A stretch of DNA of 61,882 bases, filler included. It is 6 parts of 6 records of this genome, joined end to end, with 100 filler letters (N's around TTAATTAATTAA, not from the genome) between each part and the next. Parts side by side here need not be neighbours in the genome. Positions count along the whole stretch, not along the records: positions 9,838 to 18,718 come from SRR2962707_3972; positions 18,819 to 28,285 come from SRR2962707_3974; 4 more parts are not named here. The stretch is one strand, 5' to 3'. The notes beneath the pieces are model-generated. The model did not search any database, was not told where the DNA came from, and worked only from the letters and a program-made list of their open reading frames with translations. This document shows, one piece after another, positions 12,237 through 25,200 of the stretch; the stretch's first letter is position 1; the number at the start of each line of letters is the position of its first letter. The position numbers and the translations under genes are program-made.

Positions 12237-15200
12237 CTAAAAAGCCATCTTCAATGGCATGCTTCTGGCTCCATCCGAACGCCATGTATGCCCAGCGGCA
12301 GATTCTTCAGCAGAGTTCAACTCTTCCAACAAATCCCATTCTTCCGTAATGGCAGTACGAACGGTGCCAAGGATGCCCCAGAGAACGGGCTTACGACCAA
12401 TTGTTGGGACCTGCATGCACAACACAAACTCAGCCTCGCCGTCCACTTCTTCGGCGCCCGACAACGCTTCTATGCGTATTTTGGCACTGGAGCCTGGTCG
12501 GGCCCAAATCCCCTGGATGTCTAAGTCGCCCTCATGCTTACAAAAGTTTGTGCAAGTTCGAATGATGTGAGGCCAGATTGTTGAAGCTGGTTGCCCTGGA
12601 TCGGCAGTGCGCCTGAATGATTGCAATCGCGACCAGGCCTCTACGATGCGGCGTCGCTGGTCTGGTTTGCCGGCTGACATAGCATTGAGCAGTTTCACTT
12701 GAAACTCCTCGCGCGTGCAGCGAGCACCGAAAAAAGCACTTGAAAATTGAGGAATGCCAGTGCCCGGAATATAAAGGCGGAAAAGCCGGCAGGTACAGTT
12801 CCACAACTGCTCAGCAACATGGTAGAGTCGGCGAATCATCCGGTGGACTCGAAGCCGCATCCAAGAGAATGGTTCCGAAACGCCATGTCTGGATCGCAAT
12901 CCCTGGCAAAAGTCTGACACTTGAGTGAAATCCACCACACACTCATACAACTGCGTTGCTCGGCTCGCAAGATCGGCGCTCATCCAATGGTCTCTCGCTG
13001 GGAGCTGGCGCCCTGTAAACTTGTCAAACACTTCATTGGTCAAGTATCGCTCCGAACCGACCATTTTTGCTGCTGTCGCGTACTGCAAAGGGGTGGCTCT
13101 GCTGTGAAAGCGATCGCCAGCAACGTTCAGTTGGCTGTGGCACAATTTGGCCAACGCAGTGACCCACACCCCGACATCCTGAAGCCCTTTGCGTAAAAGC
13201 AGGTCAAGCGGTGTCGTGCTATGTGAGAGGACACCCCGTCCCACATTCGCGCTTGGAGCCCAGTTTCCACTTGAGCCAACCCCCCATGAAACGGGCAGTG
13301 CAGACCGAGCAATGATCACATTCCGTCTTAAAAACCTCGCGATCGGAAGCCACGGTTCTGAAACAGCTGCCGACAACGCTTGTCGAAGTGATAAACTGCA
13401 CTCGTGTTTCAGTTCGGCAGCAATAACTGCTGCAGGTTTCGACTGAAAAATCCATTTGCCAGTGTCATTTGGAGCTGGATCCCGGCAACCAGCAATACGT
13501 GTTTTCCATGCGGGATCATGTAACTTGCTCAGACAAACTTGAAATGCCTGATGTCGTTGTTGAAGCCACCCGCCTTGCTCAAGTTCAAGCAGAAGATCTT
13601 GCAGAAGCCCGTTTGACAATGTGGGCAATACATCCTCGTTCTTTAAATGCCACCAGTGAATGGACACCAATGGTGCGGCAAGCTCAAGCGAAATGTTCGT
13701 GCGACGAAAGCTTCCAAGGGAAGCCTCCGTAGTGCGCTCGTTCGGGCAAGCGCTGACAATGCGCAAATGTTTCTGCACAAACAGCAACCACGAATCAATT
13801 TTAAAACGGACGTGGAATACCAAACGAGCGTGCAGCAAATTAAACCATCAACATACCTGTGCATTGCCAAGCTGCAGGACAGCATCTGCCCAACCAGCGT
13901 GGAACGGGGCATAAAGGTGAGCTTGCGTTTGAGTAAAAGCGGAGAACACCTTCTCGGCAACAGGCCTTTCATTTTGGGCAACGCTTAGCGCATGAAGTAA
14001 ATCATCGCGGAATTCTTTGCACTGAGCAGCTCCTACAAAGTCGCCCTGCGCTAAAACGTGAGCAGACAATGTGTCTGCTATCGCTTCATGGTCTTGCAAG
14101 GATTTCATCACGCCAGAACACCCAGAAAGCCAACTTTTCCATTGGGATGGAGTCGGCCGCTTAATACCGAATTTGAGAATGTCTTCAATTTTCCAATTTG
14201 CTTCAGTGACGCTGTCTGCAAACAAATCAAACCGTCCGGCTGACTTGGTGCGCAAAAGCACTGCTGCATCGGCGGCAGCTGGCGTTTTGGCGTAAGAGCC
14301 ACCCTCGCGCTTTACGCATCCTAGACGTTCAAGCTCGGAAACAAGACGTCGAGACTCGCGCGCAACGTGCCTGATCGGCATCAAGCGTGACACCAACACA
14401 TCCCCAAACCGTAAAAATAACCTCAAGAAAGTTGCATGGCAAGTACGGTGGCGTTCACTGAACCTCTATTGCAACCGAAAACACTTCCCTTCAACTTACG
14501 CAAAGTGGCGGTCCACTGGGACAGCAAGACTTGGTTTCAACTCCTTTAAATGTTTCGTTGACGGCAGCAGTGGGAAAACGCCGCGCTTGCTTGTAGGATA
14601 AATCCATTGGGACATTTTTGAGTATGCACTATCCAGCAAACTGTGAAAATCCATCAAGACGTCTGCAACGCGACTTTCATAGTCAGTCCCCAGCGCAGAA
14701 GTGAATTTCTGCCTGTCCCAAAACGCTGCAGCGAATTTATCGTGCGCCACAAAATGCAAGTCCAGAGCCTGCAACTACAGTAAAATATCCAATGAACCGA
14801 GTTTATTTTTGTAAGAAGTGGAACAAAACACTGTTTGCCAAACGCACCTGAAGGTGTTCCAACCGTAGTTCCAGGAAATGCCGGTCCGCATTTGCGGAGC
14901 TGGCAGTGCCTCGAAGCCATGCAATATAAGTTGGGCAGGCAGGCACACCACAAGCGTTGAGAAGCCCATGGCTTTCCATGAGCTTTATGGCTGTGCGGCA
15001 TTCGTCGCCACGTTCATGCACATCATGGATTGTGCCGGCGCTTTCATATAGGCCAACAAGCTGTTCATGCAGCTTTGTTGCGGAGCAGCCATGCTTGAGC
15101 GCAAACAATATTCCTGTGCGGGCGTAGTACATGGCGATCAGCAATCGGCCACAGGCTTGCCACCTCAATGACTGTGAAAGATACCGCTCCACAACACGGC

Positions 15201-18200
15201 GAAAAGCACTGTCGCAGTTCTCAGCCTCTGCAACGATAGAAATCGCGTGCAAAAGTGCACTGTGACCAGCAAAATCGTGGAATTGATAGTTCACTGCAAC
15301 GTGACGCAAAACACTTGGCTCGACATTGACACAAAGACACTCATCAAGCTCTCCTCGAGCAGCCGCGAAATCCCCGGCAGACCTGCATGAGCCAAGCAGT
15401 ATTGTTCATAAAAACCAAAGCAAGCACGCAAGCGTCATCGCCCGCAGCTGCAGGTGCAGCACTTTCCAAATCTATCTCGTACATGAAATCCTTGGCAAGT
15501 TGCATTTTTGCTTTCGCCCGCTCGAAAGAGCACCGACCCAATGCCTGCTCCATATCATTTGCTGATTGGTGCGCCAGCATGAAAGGGTCGCTTGGGAGAT
15601 TGCAGCCCGCGGCATTTGCAAGTGATCTCCAGTTGACATGCCGAAACTCAGCCATGTACCTACAGACCCACGGTCAAGAATCACTCATTCCTTCGCACAA
15701 AGCACCTTAAACAAGCACCCCGATTGCACTTTCGGTACCTTTGCACCTGCACTTGGACTTTGGCCTTCAGAACAGTGAGACCTGCAGCTTTTTGAGCAAT
15801 CCCTAACGCTCTCAGTACCCATTTTGCGGCATCTTCACTTTTCCCAAGAGAGTGATAGCACATGGCGATATTTCCCATCAAGGACACGTGATCATTTGGC
15901 GCCAAAGCAGACCCTGCATCAGGTAACAAGCACTTCATGTAGGTGTTAATGGCCGCTTCAGGGTCCCCTCGAAGGTGCTGTAGATTGGCGAGAGTGTTCA
16001 CAATTGCCACTGTAGGTCCAAGAAGGGCTAGTGCCTGCTCTGCGAACGATTGAGCCTCGTGCAAATATTGCTGGCCTTGCTTCCGGAGACAATCGGCCTT
16101 GGAAAAAAAAAGAGCCCATTGATCAATTCGATGAAAATCCACAATAAAAGTTGGCAACGCAAGCAAATAAGATCTCGTTGTTAAACAAAACAACCTTTGC
16201 ATTGCAGAGCCACCCATGAAGCTCGTCTTTGCTGTTGTCGAATTGCACAATTGCAAGTGCACGATCATATCTTCGAACAATTTTTACAATTCAATGTTGT
16301 TCAAACATGTGAGTACGAGTTGGCAGCCGCACTGCGACAAGCCAGAACAATGCGACCCACCTTTCATGCGCATCGGCAAAGTTACCCTTGTCTTGTAAAA
16401 CCAACCCGTGGTTATACAAGCTTTCCGCCAGGGCTGTTCGGCGCTGAGACCTTTCTGAGGGAGTCAGACCTTCGCATTCACTTGGCGACAAGTCGCTTAG
16501 CGACAGTGCTCGAGCGGCAAACTTGAGCGCCTCACCTTGCTTGGTGGATCCTCTGCAAGCGACGGTGAGCCGGTGCAACACAGGAATAAGTTTCATCGCA
16601 ATCCAAGAATTTGACGCTGGGGTCGGAGCGAGTTGGTCCCATACCTCAACAGCGCGCCTGTTGTCGAAGTTGCAAAGTCCCAAATAAGAGAACGAAGTCG
16701 ATACCCAGCGTACGCAGGCGCTACACAAACTACTTTCCTGTCATAGCTACTTCCATCCTGCGCTAGCTTCAAACGATTGCACACTACCCCCAGCTGTGCA
16801 AGGACATCGAAGGTAAGTGTGACATCCAGCCCATGAGCACGTTGTTCCAGTCGCTGTAACAGTTCTTGGAGCCTTGTGTTGGAGACAGACAGGGATGTAT
16901 GCACAGAAAAACAGGGATTGGAACTTGTTTTTCAGGCTTTGTTGGGCTACGTGGATAACCAACTCACGTGTCTCGTGCGGCTGAAAATCGCTGCAAGGAG
17001 GAACATATCTTCGATTGGAGCAGCAGTAATTGCTCGATGGCCCCGCGCAACTGATCGCGTGCAGTTTTTTCCTGGCCCACGCTCATTTCAGCAGCCAAAT
17101 CGTGGTTCACAAAGCCTTGCTCGCCAGTTTTGGCAATCCGCAGAGCATGATCAACTTGCGCAAGGGCCTCTTCAAACTCCTCAGTGATCATAAGAGCGGT
17201 CGCATACTCTCGCAAGACGTTTGCGCGTAAAAACGGATCCGCTCCTGCAGCAGTCCACACTGCAAATGCACGAGAATACGACAATTTTGCTTCAATTGGC
17301 TTGTCAGCCATTATCAGCCTTGAACCTTGCATGCTAGCCAATGACAAAAAATTGGCTAAGAGATTGACAACGAGCCCAAGTAATTTCCTTCACCTCAGAC
17401 GAAGTTGCTTGTGTGAGGGAGTGTAACTAATGCGACGTACTCTAGCGCGAGCGCAAGCCAATTTTGGAAAAGAGGTGCCGGGCATGCATCGACTCTCGGC
17501 TGGATCAAATTTATGATCACAGCCAGCGTTTGCAGTGCCTAGGACCATGTCAATACACACATACATGTGACATGTCAGGTGAATACTTTCAGCTGGAGTA
17601 CGGCAAACGTGCTAATCACGCTGAACTGGGCTGCGATCGGGAAAATTAATTAATAAAAAACAAAAATTAAAGAATGGTATTGAGACTCTGCGACGCACTT
17701 GTTCTCGTTGGTGCTGTGGCTCGTGAGGCAAATCTTCGCAATGCGGGAGCTGCTGCAGCAGCGATTGCGCACGAATCATATCGCCGCTCCATCGTTTGCG
17801 CTGTTGACGATCAACGGCGACCCAAACATTCCCGTCAGAACTTGCAGTTGGACTCCCTACCACGGGGAATACCTGGTCCATTCGTAAACATTAAAACCAT
17901 CACGACAACACCAACCGCAGGGTAAGATGTTTGTCGAAGCATTTCGGACGATCAAATTCCAGACTGGAGTGAACTCGTGTGCAATCTCAATATCTACAAG
18001 CCCGCCAATATGGGACAAGTTGGCTGGAGGGGCAAAGCGCTGCAGAATGCACGCTTGTCCATGCCTCTCCTGTGCCCTCAACAACAGCAGCGCTCTGAAC
18101 ACGAAGAGGCTTATCAGTTGCACGTAACGAGCACCTGCGCGCACCAACGCACCTCATGGGGGCATATGCCAAAGATATCGCCTTCTTCCTCACCGTCAAT

Positions 18201-18593
18201 ACCATCACTGTGAGTGCCCCTCGAGGAGCTGGGCGTAGCAGCTGAGGCAATGGCTCTGTCGTTGAAGTTCATTGACCAGCGGAACCCCACGTGACCTGCG
18301 TAAACATTCCGGTACATCGTGGTTTGCCCGCTCCGTCTTAACAAATCTGTCGGAAATGAAAATGGCATGATTGGATCGGATTCAATAGCTTCACCGCCAC
18401 CGCCACCACCACCTCCTCCTCCTCCACCTCGTCGAAGTGTTGATTCCGCTTGAGAGTGTGAGGGTGAAGCTGTGTCGTCGGAGAAGGGTGTGCAGAAGAC
18501 TGTGCGCTCGGCATTGCATTCAGCGGTGGCGGCGACAGGCACATACCAGAGCGCAGATCTGGCTGGCAGTGCAGAGGGCCCTCGCTGGCTCAT
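12237..18593 (-). CDS. Large multi-exon TPR-repeat protein with possible degenerate ankyrin-like segments; exon structure approximate
   Basis: Co-linear minus-strand ORFs with TPR-like helices (ANVLREYATALMITEEFEEALAQVDHAL; AESLYNHGLVLQDKGNFADA; NTLANLQHLRGDPEAAINTYMKCL; MGNIAMCYHSLGKSEDAAKWVLRAL). Could be more than one gene. Confidence 0.6.
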
Positions 18594-18718
18594 CTCTCGC
18601 TCTCTCTGTCTCTCTCTCTGCCTCGCTCTCTGTCTCTCGATACTCTGTGTCGATACTCTGTGTCGATACTCTCTCCCTCTCTCTCGGTACTCGCTCTCTC
18701 GCTCTCTCTCTCTCTCTC
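18594..18718. repeat. CT-rich simple repeat containing TCGATACTCTGTG units
   Basis: Read directly at the contig end. Confidence 0.9.
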
Positions 18719-18818
18719 NNNNNNNNNNNNNNNNNNNNNNNNNNNNNNNNNNNNNNNNNNNNTTAATTAATTAANNNNNNNNNNNNNNNNNNNNNNNNNN
18801 NNNNNNNNNNNNNNNNNN
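18719..18818. other. Artificial contig-joining spacer
   Basis: N44-TTAATTAATTAA-N44. Confidence 0.99.
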
Positions 18819-18844
18819 TCACTCACTCACTCACTCACTCACTC
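18819..18844. repeat. (TCAC)n microsatellite
   Basis: Read directly from the sequence. Confidence 0.95.
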
Positions 18845-19218
18845 GGAGGTGAAGACTTTTTACTTCACTCACTCTCCTTTCCTGGCTGGTCACGCTCACC
18901 AACCCGTTGCCTCGCGAAGGAGGCGCCCCTGGAAAATACTCTGCGCACATCAAAGCGACTTGACTCGAACACCGAAGCGGAAGTCCAGCGATGCAGGCGC
19001 AACGACGAGTCTGCTTTTGTCTTTTCTTGTTGGAAGAATCGTCGACTTTGTTTCGGTTTTTTTGTTGCTTTTGTTTTTGTTCGTCGTCCCAATCCCGCCT
19101 GTTTTCGCAGGTTTCTTTTTCGCGCCTTGGTGAAAGGCGCTAGGCTGCCACTCGCTCGTGTAAGCGCTCGTGGGCCCGGGCGCTCGTCTTCGCCCAAGTG
19201 GGCGGTGGCTGTCGAATA

Positions 19219-22200
19219 ATGTCTTCTCAACGATCTTCAGCGGGTGGGGAGCTGATGGGCGCTAAGCGAGCGCGCCTTGCCTACCGAATGAACTCCCTCA
19301 AAACGCCCAAGCAGAACGATGGCAAGACCGGCAACCAACACCGCTTTCGAAACCAGAAAGAGAAAGTCGCTCGTGTGGGCAGCATCTTGCCTTCGGGAGG
19401 GCGCCTGCCCTTCTCTGACAGAAGAAGTTTCATTGAGGAACTGGACTTTGCGCGCACCAACCTCGACACATCGCCTGCGTTCGTGCGCTTTTGGCGCGAC
19501 GTGCGCCTGCACTGCCTTAGCTTTCACCTGCTGGTTCATAACCGGGCCCGCATTGTGGATATCATCATTCGGCACATTCAAGTGGAGCACAACGTAGCCC
19601 TTCAAACGATTCTGAATTTGACTGCGAAGCTTGCTGCCACTCTTGGCTCGGAGTTTTTCAAAAGTTTCCCGCCGCTGTTTGAGGCGCTGGTCTCTGCGAT
19701 TCACCCACCGTACGTGTGCACTGTATGATTGACTGTTTGCGAGATCGAGCAATTTTTCATGATGGCTTTTACGACATGTCGAGCTGTGGCATCTTTGCAT
19801 TCATTGTATTGCCGGATGCTATGTGTGACTGCCGCCACAGATACGTCGAAGAGACAGCGATGATATTTCGCACGTTGGCTCTTCTCTTGAAATTTCTTGC
19901 GCCGTATGTTATCAAGCACAATTTGGCCATCCTCGATCGATTTTATGGGCCTCTCCTGGGCCATCGCAAAGCGTACATCCGTGCATTTGCAGCAGAGCTC
20001 GTCGCATTCATTTTTCGTAAAATGGATGTTCTGGTTGCAAGTGCGCACTTGAAGCGACTTTTTCGAGCCGTTTGCCGCACGGAGGCAATTCACAACCCAG
20101 ATTTGCGCATGGGTTTATCCCAGCTACTTTTCCAGATTGTACGCAACGCCCAGTCCCAATTTCATTCGCGTATGCTTCACCTGGTCCCAACCATCGGGCG
20201 ACTTTTTGACGAGCAGCATCTAGTTGGCTCGGTTCAATTACCTCCACCACCACAGGCTGAAACACGAACAGACGATCAAGACGCCTTGGACACAGGAGCG
20301 TCAGAGAATTTGTTTCTCCATGAACGCTACACAGTCGTTTTTCACGCGTTTCTGAAGATGATTCGGCATACAAGCCGCGCAACGGCTGGCCCTTTACTGG
20401 TGCATTTGCACGATGAGCTTCGATACGCCCTACAGCGGTGCAGCGTGACAGTGCAGTTGTCGACGGAGACGCCTGGAGAAGCAGCAAAATTACCGAAAAA
20501 CTCCCTTGATCAATGTGCATGGAACGAAAGTCGTGCACAGTTTAGCAGCAACTATGCTGCACGATTGATTGGCATCGTCGCTGAATTTGTGCGTTTCCGC
20601 AAAGGTACGCTGGTTGGGCGCGACGAACGCAGCAGACTGCTGGAAGTAGTCAAACTGCTGTTCCTTCCAGCCACCAACGAGCAGGTGAGCTCCTGTACAG
20701 CGGGAAGTGCGGCCCGGAAAAAAATAATGAAAAAAAAGAAGTCGCAGCGAGACATTGCAGACGAGTCCACCACTGAAGACACTGTCTTTCCCCCGGAAAG
20801 TTTCATTGCTGAACATCACGGAGAAGAGTTTCGGGACGCGTGTGTAACTTTGTTCAAAACATGCTGGAACATTTACTGTTCAAATGACAAAAAAGCCGGA
20901 ACTCGGCATTTCCGGGAGGCAGGCGTGGACAATCCTGACGATGCTGGTGGCGATGAGGACGGCAAAATTGCAAAAACACTTCGCAAGTGCTTGCGCAGAA
21001 CCTTATTTCACCCTTCCTTGGGACCAGTGTCTGCAGCGCGTGTGATTCGCATGATGGGTAGGCAGTCACACATGCACTTGTGGCATGCCTGCTTGCTCAG
21101 TTTTTGGCTTGTTTTTGAGGTTGCTTTTTGAAATACCTCGCCTGCAGGCCATAATTCCACGCCGCGCGCCAACGAGCACCAGAAACCTGACACTGCAGAA
21201 CCCAATGATGCACTTCAAACATTTTGGGAAGAAGCTTCACAACCATTGCTTTCGCTGTGTGCACAGAACATTGCCATACCAGCGCAATTTAATAATACTG
21301 CAGCACTCGTGTGCCAGTTGGCGCCAATGCTGAAGGTTTGCACTGCATTTTTGCTTGCAGCTCGCTTCAGTGATTGAAGCACGGTTCAAAGACAAAGCTA
21401 ATGCATGTTGACGTTTGTTGTTGTGCGCCTAGGTACATTTGAAATCGCATTCTGCAATCCAGTCCCGCTTGCAGAAAGCTCCTGGGGGACCGTTGAAGAC
21501 AGGAGATGGTCTGCGGCGAAAACGGAAAGGCGGCCCAACGTCTTCAGCCACTGTCTACTCGGTACTGCCACAGCCTTTGCTCCGCACTCTTGTGCGCTTG
21601 TTACGCGAAGCGGCCAACGGAGCACTGATCCCGAACTTAAAGAAGCGAACCAAAAAAGGTGGAAACTCTCACGGACTGGTGCTGACTGACGACTGGAGCC
21701 CACATTGGGGAAATGTTCAGTTGGTGACTTTGTTTTCGCGGCACATCCATGCTGAGTTTACTGCGCAAGGGAAGTCACTCACAACGCTTCAAGGACACGT
21801 CGAAAAGATTTTCAATCTTGCTGTATCGAATGCGTTTGGCGGTGGAGTGGCCAGTCATGCGTCCGACATGCCGGCACCCCTGGCGTGTTTAGTTGCACAG
21901 GCGACAGACATGGTAGTGTCCTCACGGCTGTTTGGGCCCGACAGAATGCTGAGTGCTTTTCTGCCCAAAGTGGCCGCGCTGCTCGAATCAGCAGTGAGTG
22001 CCTGGCAGGCCCGAAGCAAACGCCAAGGCGACAGCAACTTGGTTCGCCTCGTTGACACATGTGAAGATGTTGGGATCCTGCTTTACAGTTTTGATCGCCT
22101 CCTTCAGGAAGTGTGCAACGACAGGACTGCGGACTTCTCTGCAGATGGTTTCAGCTTTTCTGCGCGGATATATGAGTTGATTCTTGCTGGATTGCGGTGC

Positions 22201-25200
22201 AGTCGCTGCGACGCTCGGGCAAAGAGCCTCCACATTTTGGAGCAGATGGTTGACCAAAAGTTTGTTCCAGCTGGCATCGATAGCTCCATACTGCCATTCC
22301 CAACATCACTGGAACTCATCCATCATTTGCAGTTTGTTGAGCGTCGAGGACACCTGCCCATGGAGGAGCGAAAAGTCACGAATGTTGTCGAGCAAGTGTG
22401 CCAGGCTGCTCAGCAGCGACGACTTTCTGATGGCGATCGTCTCGTTGCAGTTTGTCATGCTGTCGGACTTGTCAGTGTCGCGTAAGTACTTTCGCACTTC
22501 GTCTGTGCAGGGTGCGTGTTCGTTCAGCACAATGATTGATCATGGCGTTTTGCTTATTCATTGAAGGTATTCTAAACTTTGGCCTAACATCACCAAACTT
22601 TTGACGGCGTTAGCAGCGTCCAACGCTGGTGCTGCCAAACGAAAGCAGGGCAAGAAAGGCGAGCGGCCAGCGTCGGCAGGGCCAAATTCTTCGCAAAAAG
22701 ATTCAACTCACGAGCTCTCGTCGGCGAACGCCGAAATGGTGTTTGGCGTTTGCCTTGAATCATTGCGCTCACTGCTCAGCGAACGCACGAAACCAGAAAC
22801 CGAAGAAACTTCGTCACACCCCCTCATTGTGAAAGATGGAGCCGAGTCCACCCAATCAACATCGCAGCAATGCAACGACGACAATGGTAGCATGTCAGCG
22901 GGCAGCACGACCGTGATAGAGGAAGACACCGAATTCGACACTGAAACAGCTGGAGATTTTGAGCTCGTCCCGTTGCATGTGCACTTCGAAAACGCCAGGC
23001 AAGGCTTATTTTTAGGTACTGATGTGGATGGTGACGAAATCACCAGCGAGACGCAGGGCAGTGTGTCGTACGCGCACGATAACTCCGCAAAGACAACTTA
23101 TTCGGTTGGGGGATCGACCGACGGCAATCGCTCTGCAAATATCACTACTCGTGTTGTTACGCTCACGTCTGCCATGGCCACTTCATGTGCGCCTCGGGTA
23201 TGTTGTTGCACTAACTGATTCGTCCGATCTTGCGGCAACTGCGTCCATTCACATAGGCTTTCAATTTAACACGATATGTTTCTGTCGTGTGTCGTAGCTT
23301 CTTCGGCCACGTTTTGCGGAGCGTGTTATTGCCCTGCTGTTTCGATACATTGTGGCTGAGTTTGGCCACGACCAATACACCGACGACGCTGAAGCACAAG
23401 AGATTCTTTACATGCTCCTTCATGCCCCTGACACCCCAGCTGGGATCATTGACACTGCGGACGAATCGAGCACTTCCGACTCAAGCAACGATGCGGTGCA
23501 GCCACTCGAGTTTTTCATCCAGGGTGCTCCCGCCTCAGCTAGCAACATTGCTGGCTCGCCGAGCACATCGGAGATTACAGTTCGCATCAAACAACTTCTG
23601 CAATTGGTGTGTGCGTCGCCGAACCTTCAAAGCTCGCGCCTGTGCCCGCAAATGCGCGCTGTAGCTACAGTATTTTTGGGAAAGCCAGCGATTTCGGGGG
23701 ATGCTTTGACGCTGCTGGGCCACATTTCTGGAAAGCGCTTGCAAAGGTAAACCGTTTTTGATCTTGAAATTCGCTTGACGAATCATTGCCGTGGTCTTGC
23801 TCGGAATGTTGTGTCTGTTGAGTTTTCAGCGAATGTTCCTTTTTCGTGGATGATACTTTGACAGATATATTTCCGTTCTGGAGCATCTAGTCGACGACCA
23901 AACGTCTCGTGATACAATGGCGACTTTTGACCTATCGCCCAGCGCCAGCAGCAGTTCTGCGTTGCACGCTCAACGTCAAAATGTCGGAGGCAAAAACAAC
24001 GCGAAGGAGCAAGATCGCAACAATCTTCCGAAATGCATTCGGGATTCCGATCGCCACGATGTCGTTCCTCTTGTCATTCGCTTGCTTCTTGGCCGCATGA
24101 TGCACAGAAGGCGGCATCGCGATGACGTAAAAACGTTCCGTCAACGCTGTGCACGATACCTAAACAACCTCGAGACCAAAGAGTTGGATACGTTTACTGG
24201 TTTGCTGTTGCGTGAGTTCCGGCCAGCCACGACTCATGGTAAAGGTGACATCAGTGGCAGCACGGATGCCGAGAAGACCATCGCCACGACTCTTGACGCA
24301 GTGCGTCGTGTGTCTCTTCGGCGGCAGGTCGGCCTACTTCAACTTCTCCAGGCCATTGTCCCGAGCCTAGCTAAGCTGGTGCTCGCGTCACTTGATGACG
24401 TTTTGCCAGTCCTTGTCGCACTCCAGCACCTTGGAACTGACAACAAAAAACTTCGTGGCGAAACATTGCGCACCATCGTCACCCTGTTCTCAGCTTTGCC
24501 AAGCAGCACAAGTTACTGCACTTGGATTCCTTTTTTGATGGCACCATTGGAGCCTTTAATAACGGCAATGTCCGGATCAGTCATTGGAAGTGGAAATGCA
24601 TCACAGCTTTTAGTGCTCATCGAAACGATGACGAGGTTAGATGTGTGAGCAGTTGGAGCAAAGTGAACATTTTGCATCGCTGGTGTCGCTAACTTGTCAT
24701 CGTGTCTCTTGTAGGTATGGATCGAGTTTTTTTTATCTGTCGCTTCCAACACAACGACGCCTATTTCAGGAGCAATTCGCTCAAAACGACACGGCCACGT
24801 CTACAACAGTCACATGGGTAAGCGAAAAAACATCCGTTGTTGCAGCCCGGTTACTGCAAGTTGTCGAGTGCTTGGCGCAGGACATTCTGCGCGAGAAGTC
24901 CACCGAGCAGCTTGCGTCAGAACTCCACAATAGAAGGCGCAGCGCTGACAAGACGAGTGCTGCTGCCATGGAGCCCATCTTGGCGACAGTGTTACAACTC
25001 CTTGAGAATGTTGTGAATCTCACGCGCCCTCCAGCATTGAGTATTGCAGATGAATACCTACTTGGCAAAAATGGAAATTCTCATGAGGCCCACAACGAGA
25101 ACGATGCCAGTGCTGAGCGAACACTTGGCATTCGCTTTAATGTGTACGAGCCGTTGGCTCCTGGGTTCAAATGCGAGGAGCTCGAGGACAACGGTCGCAA

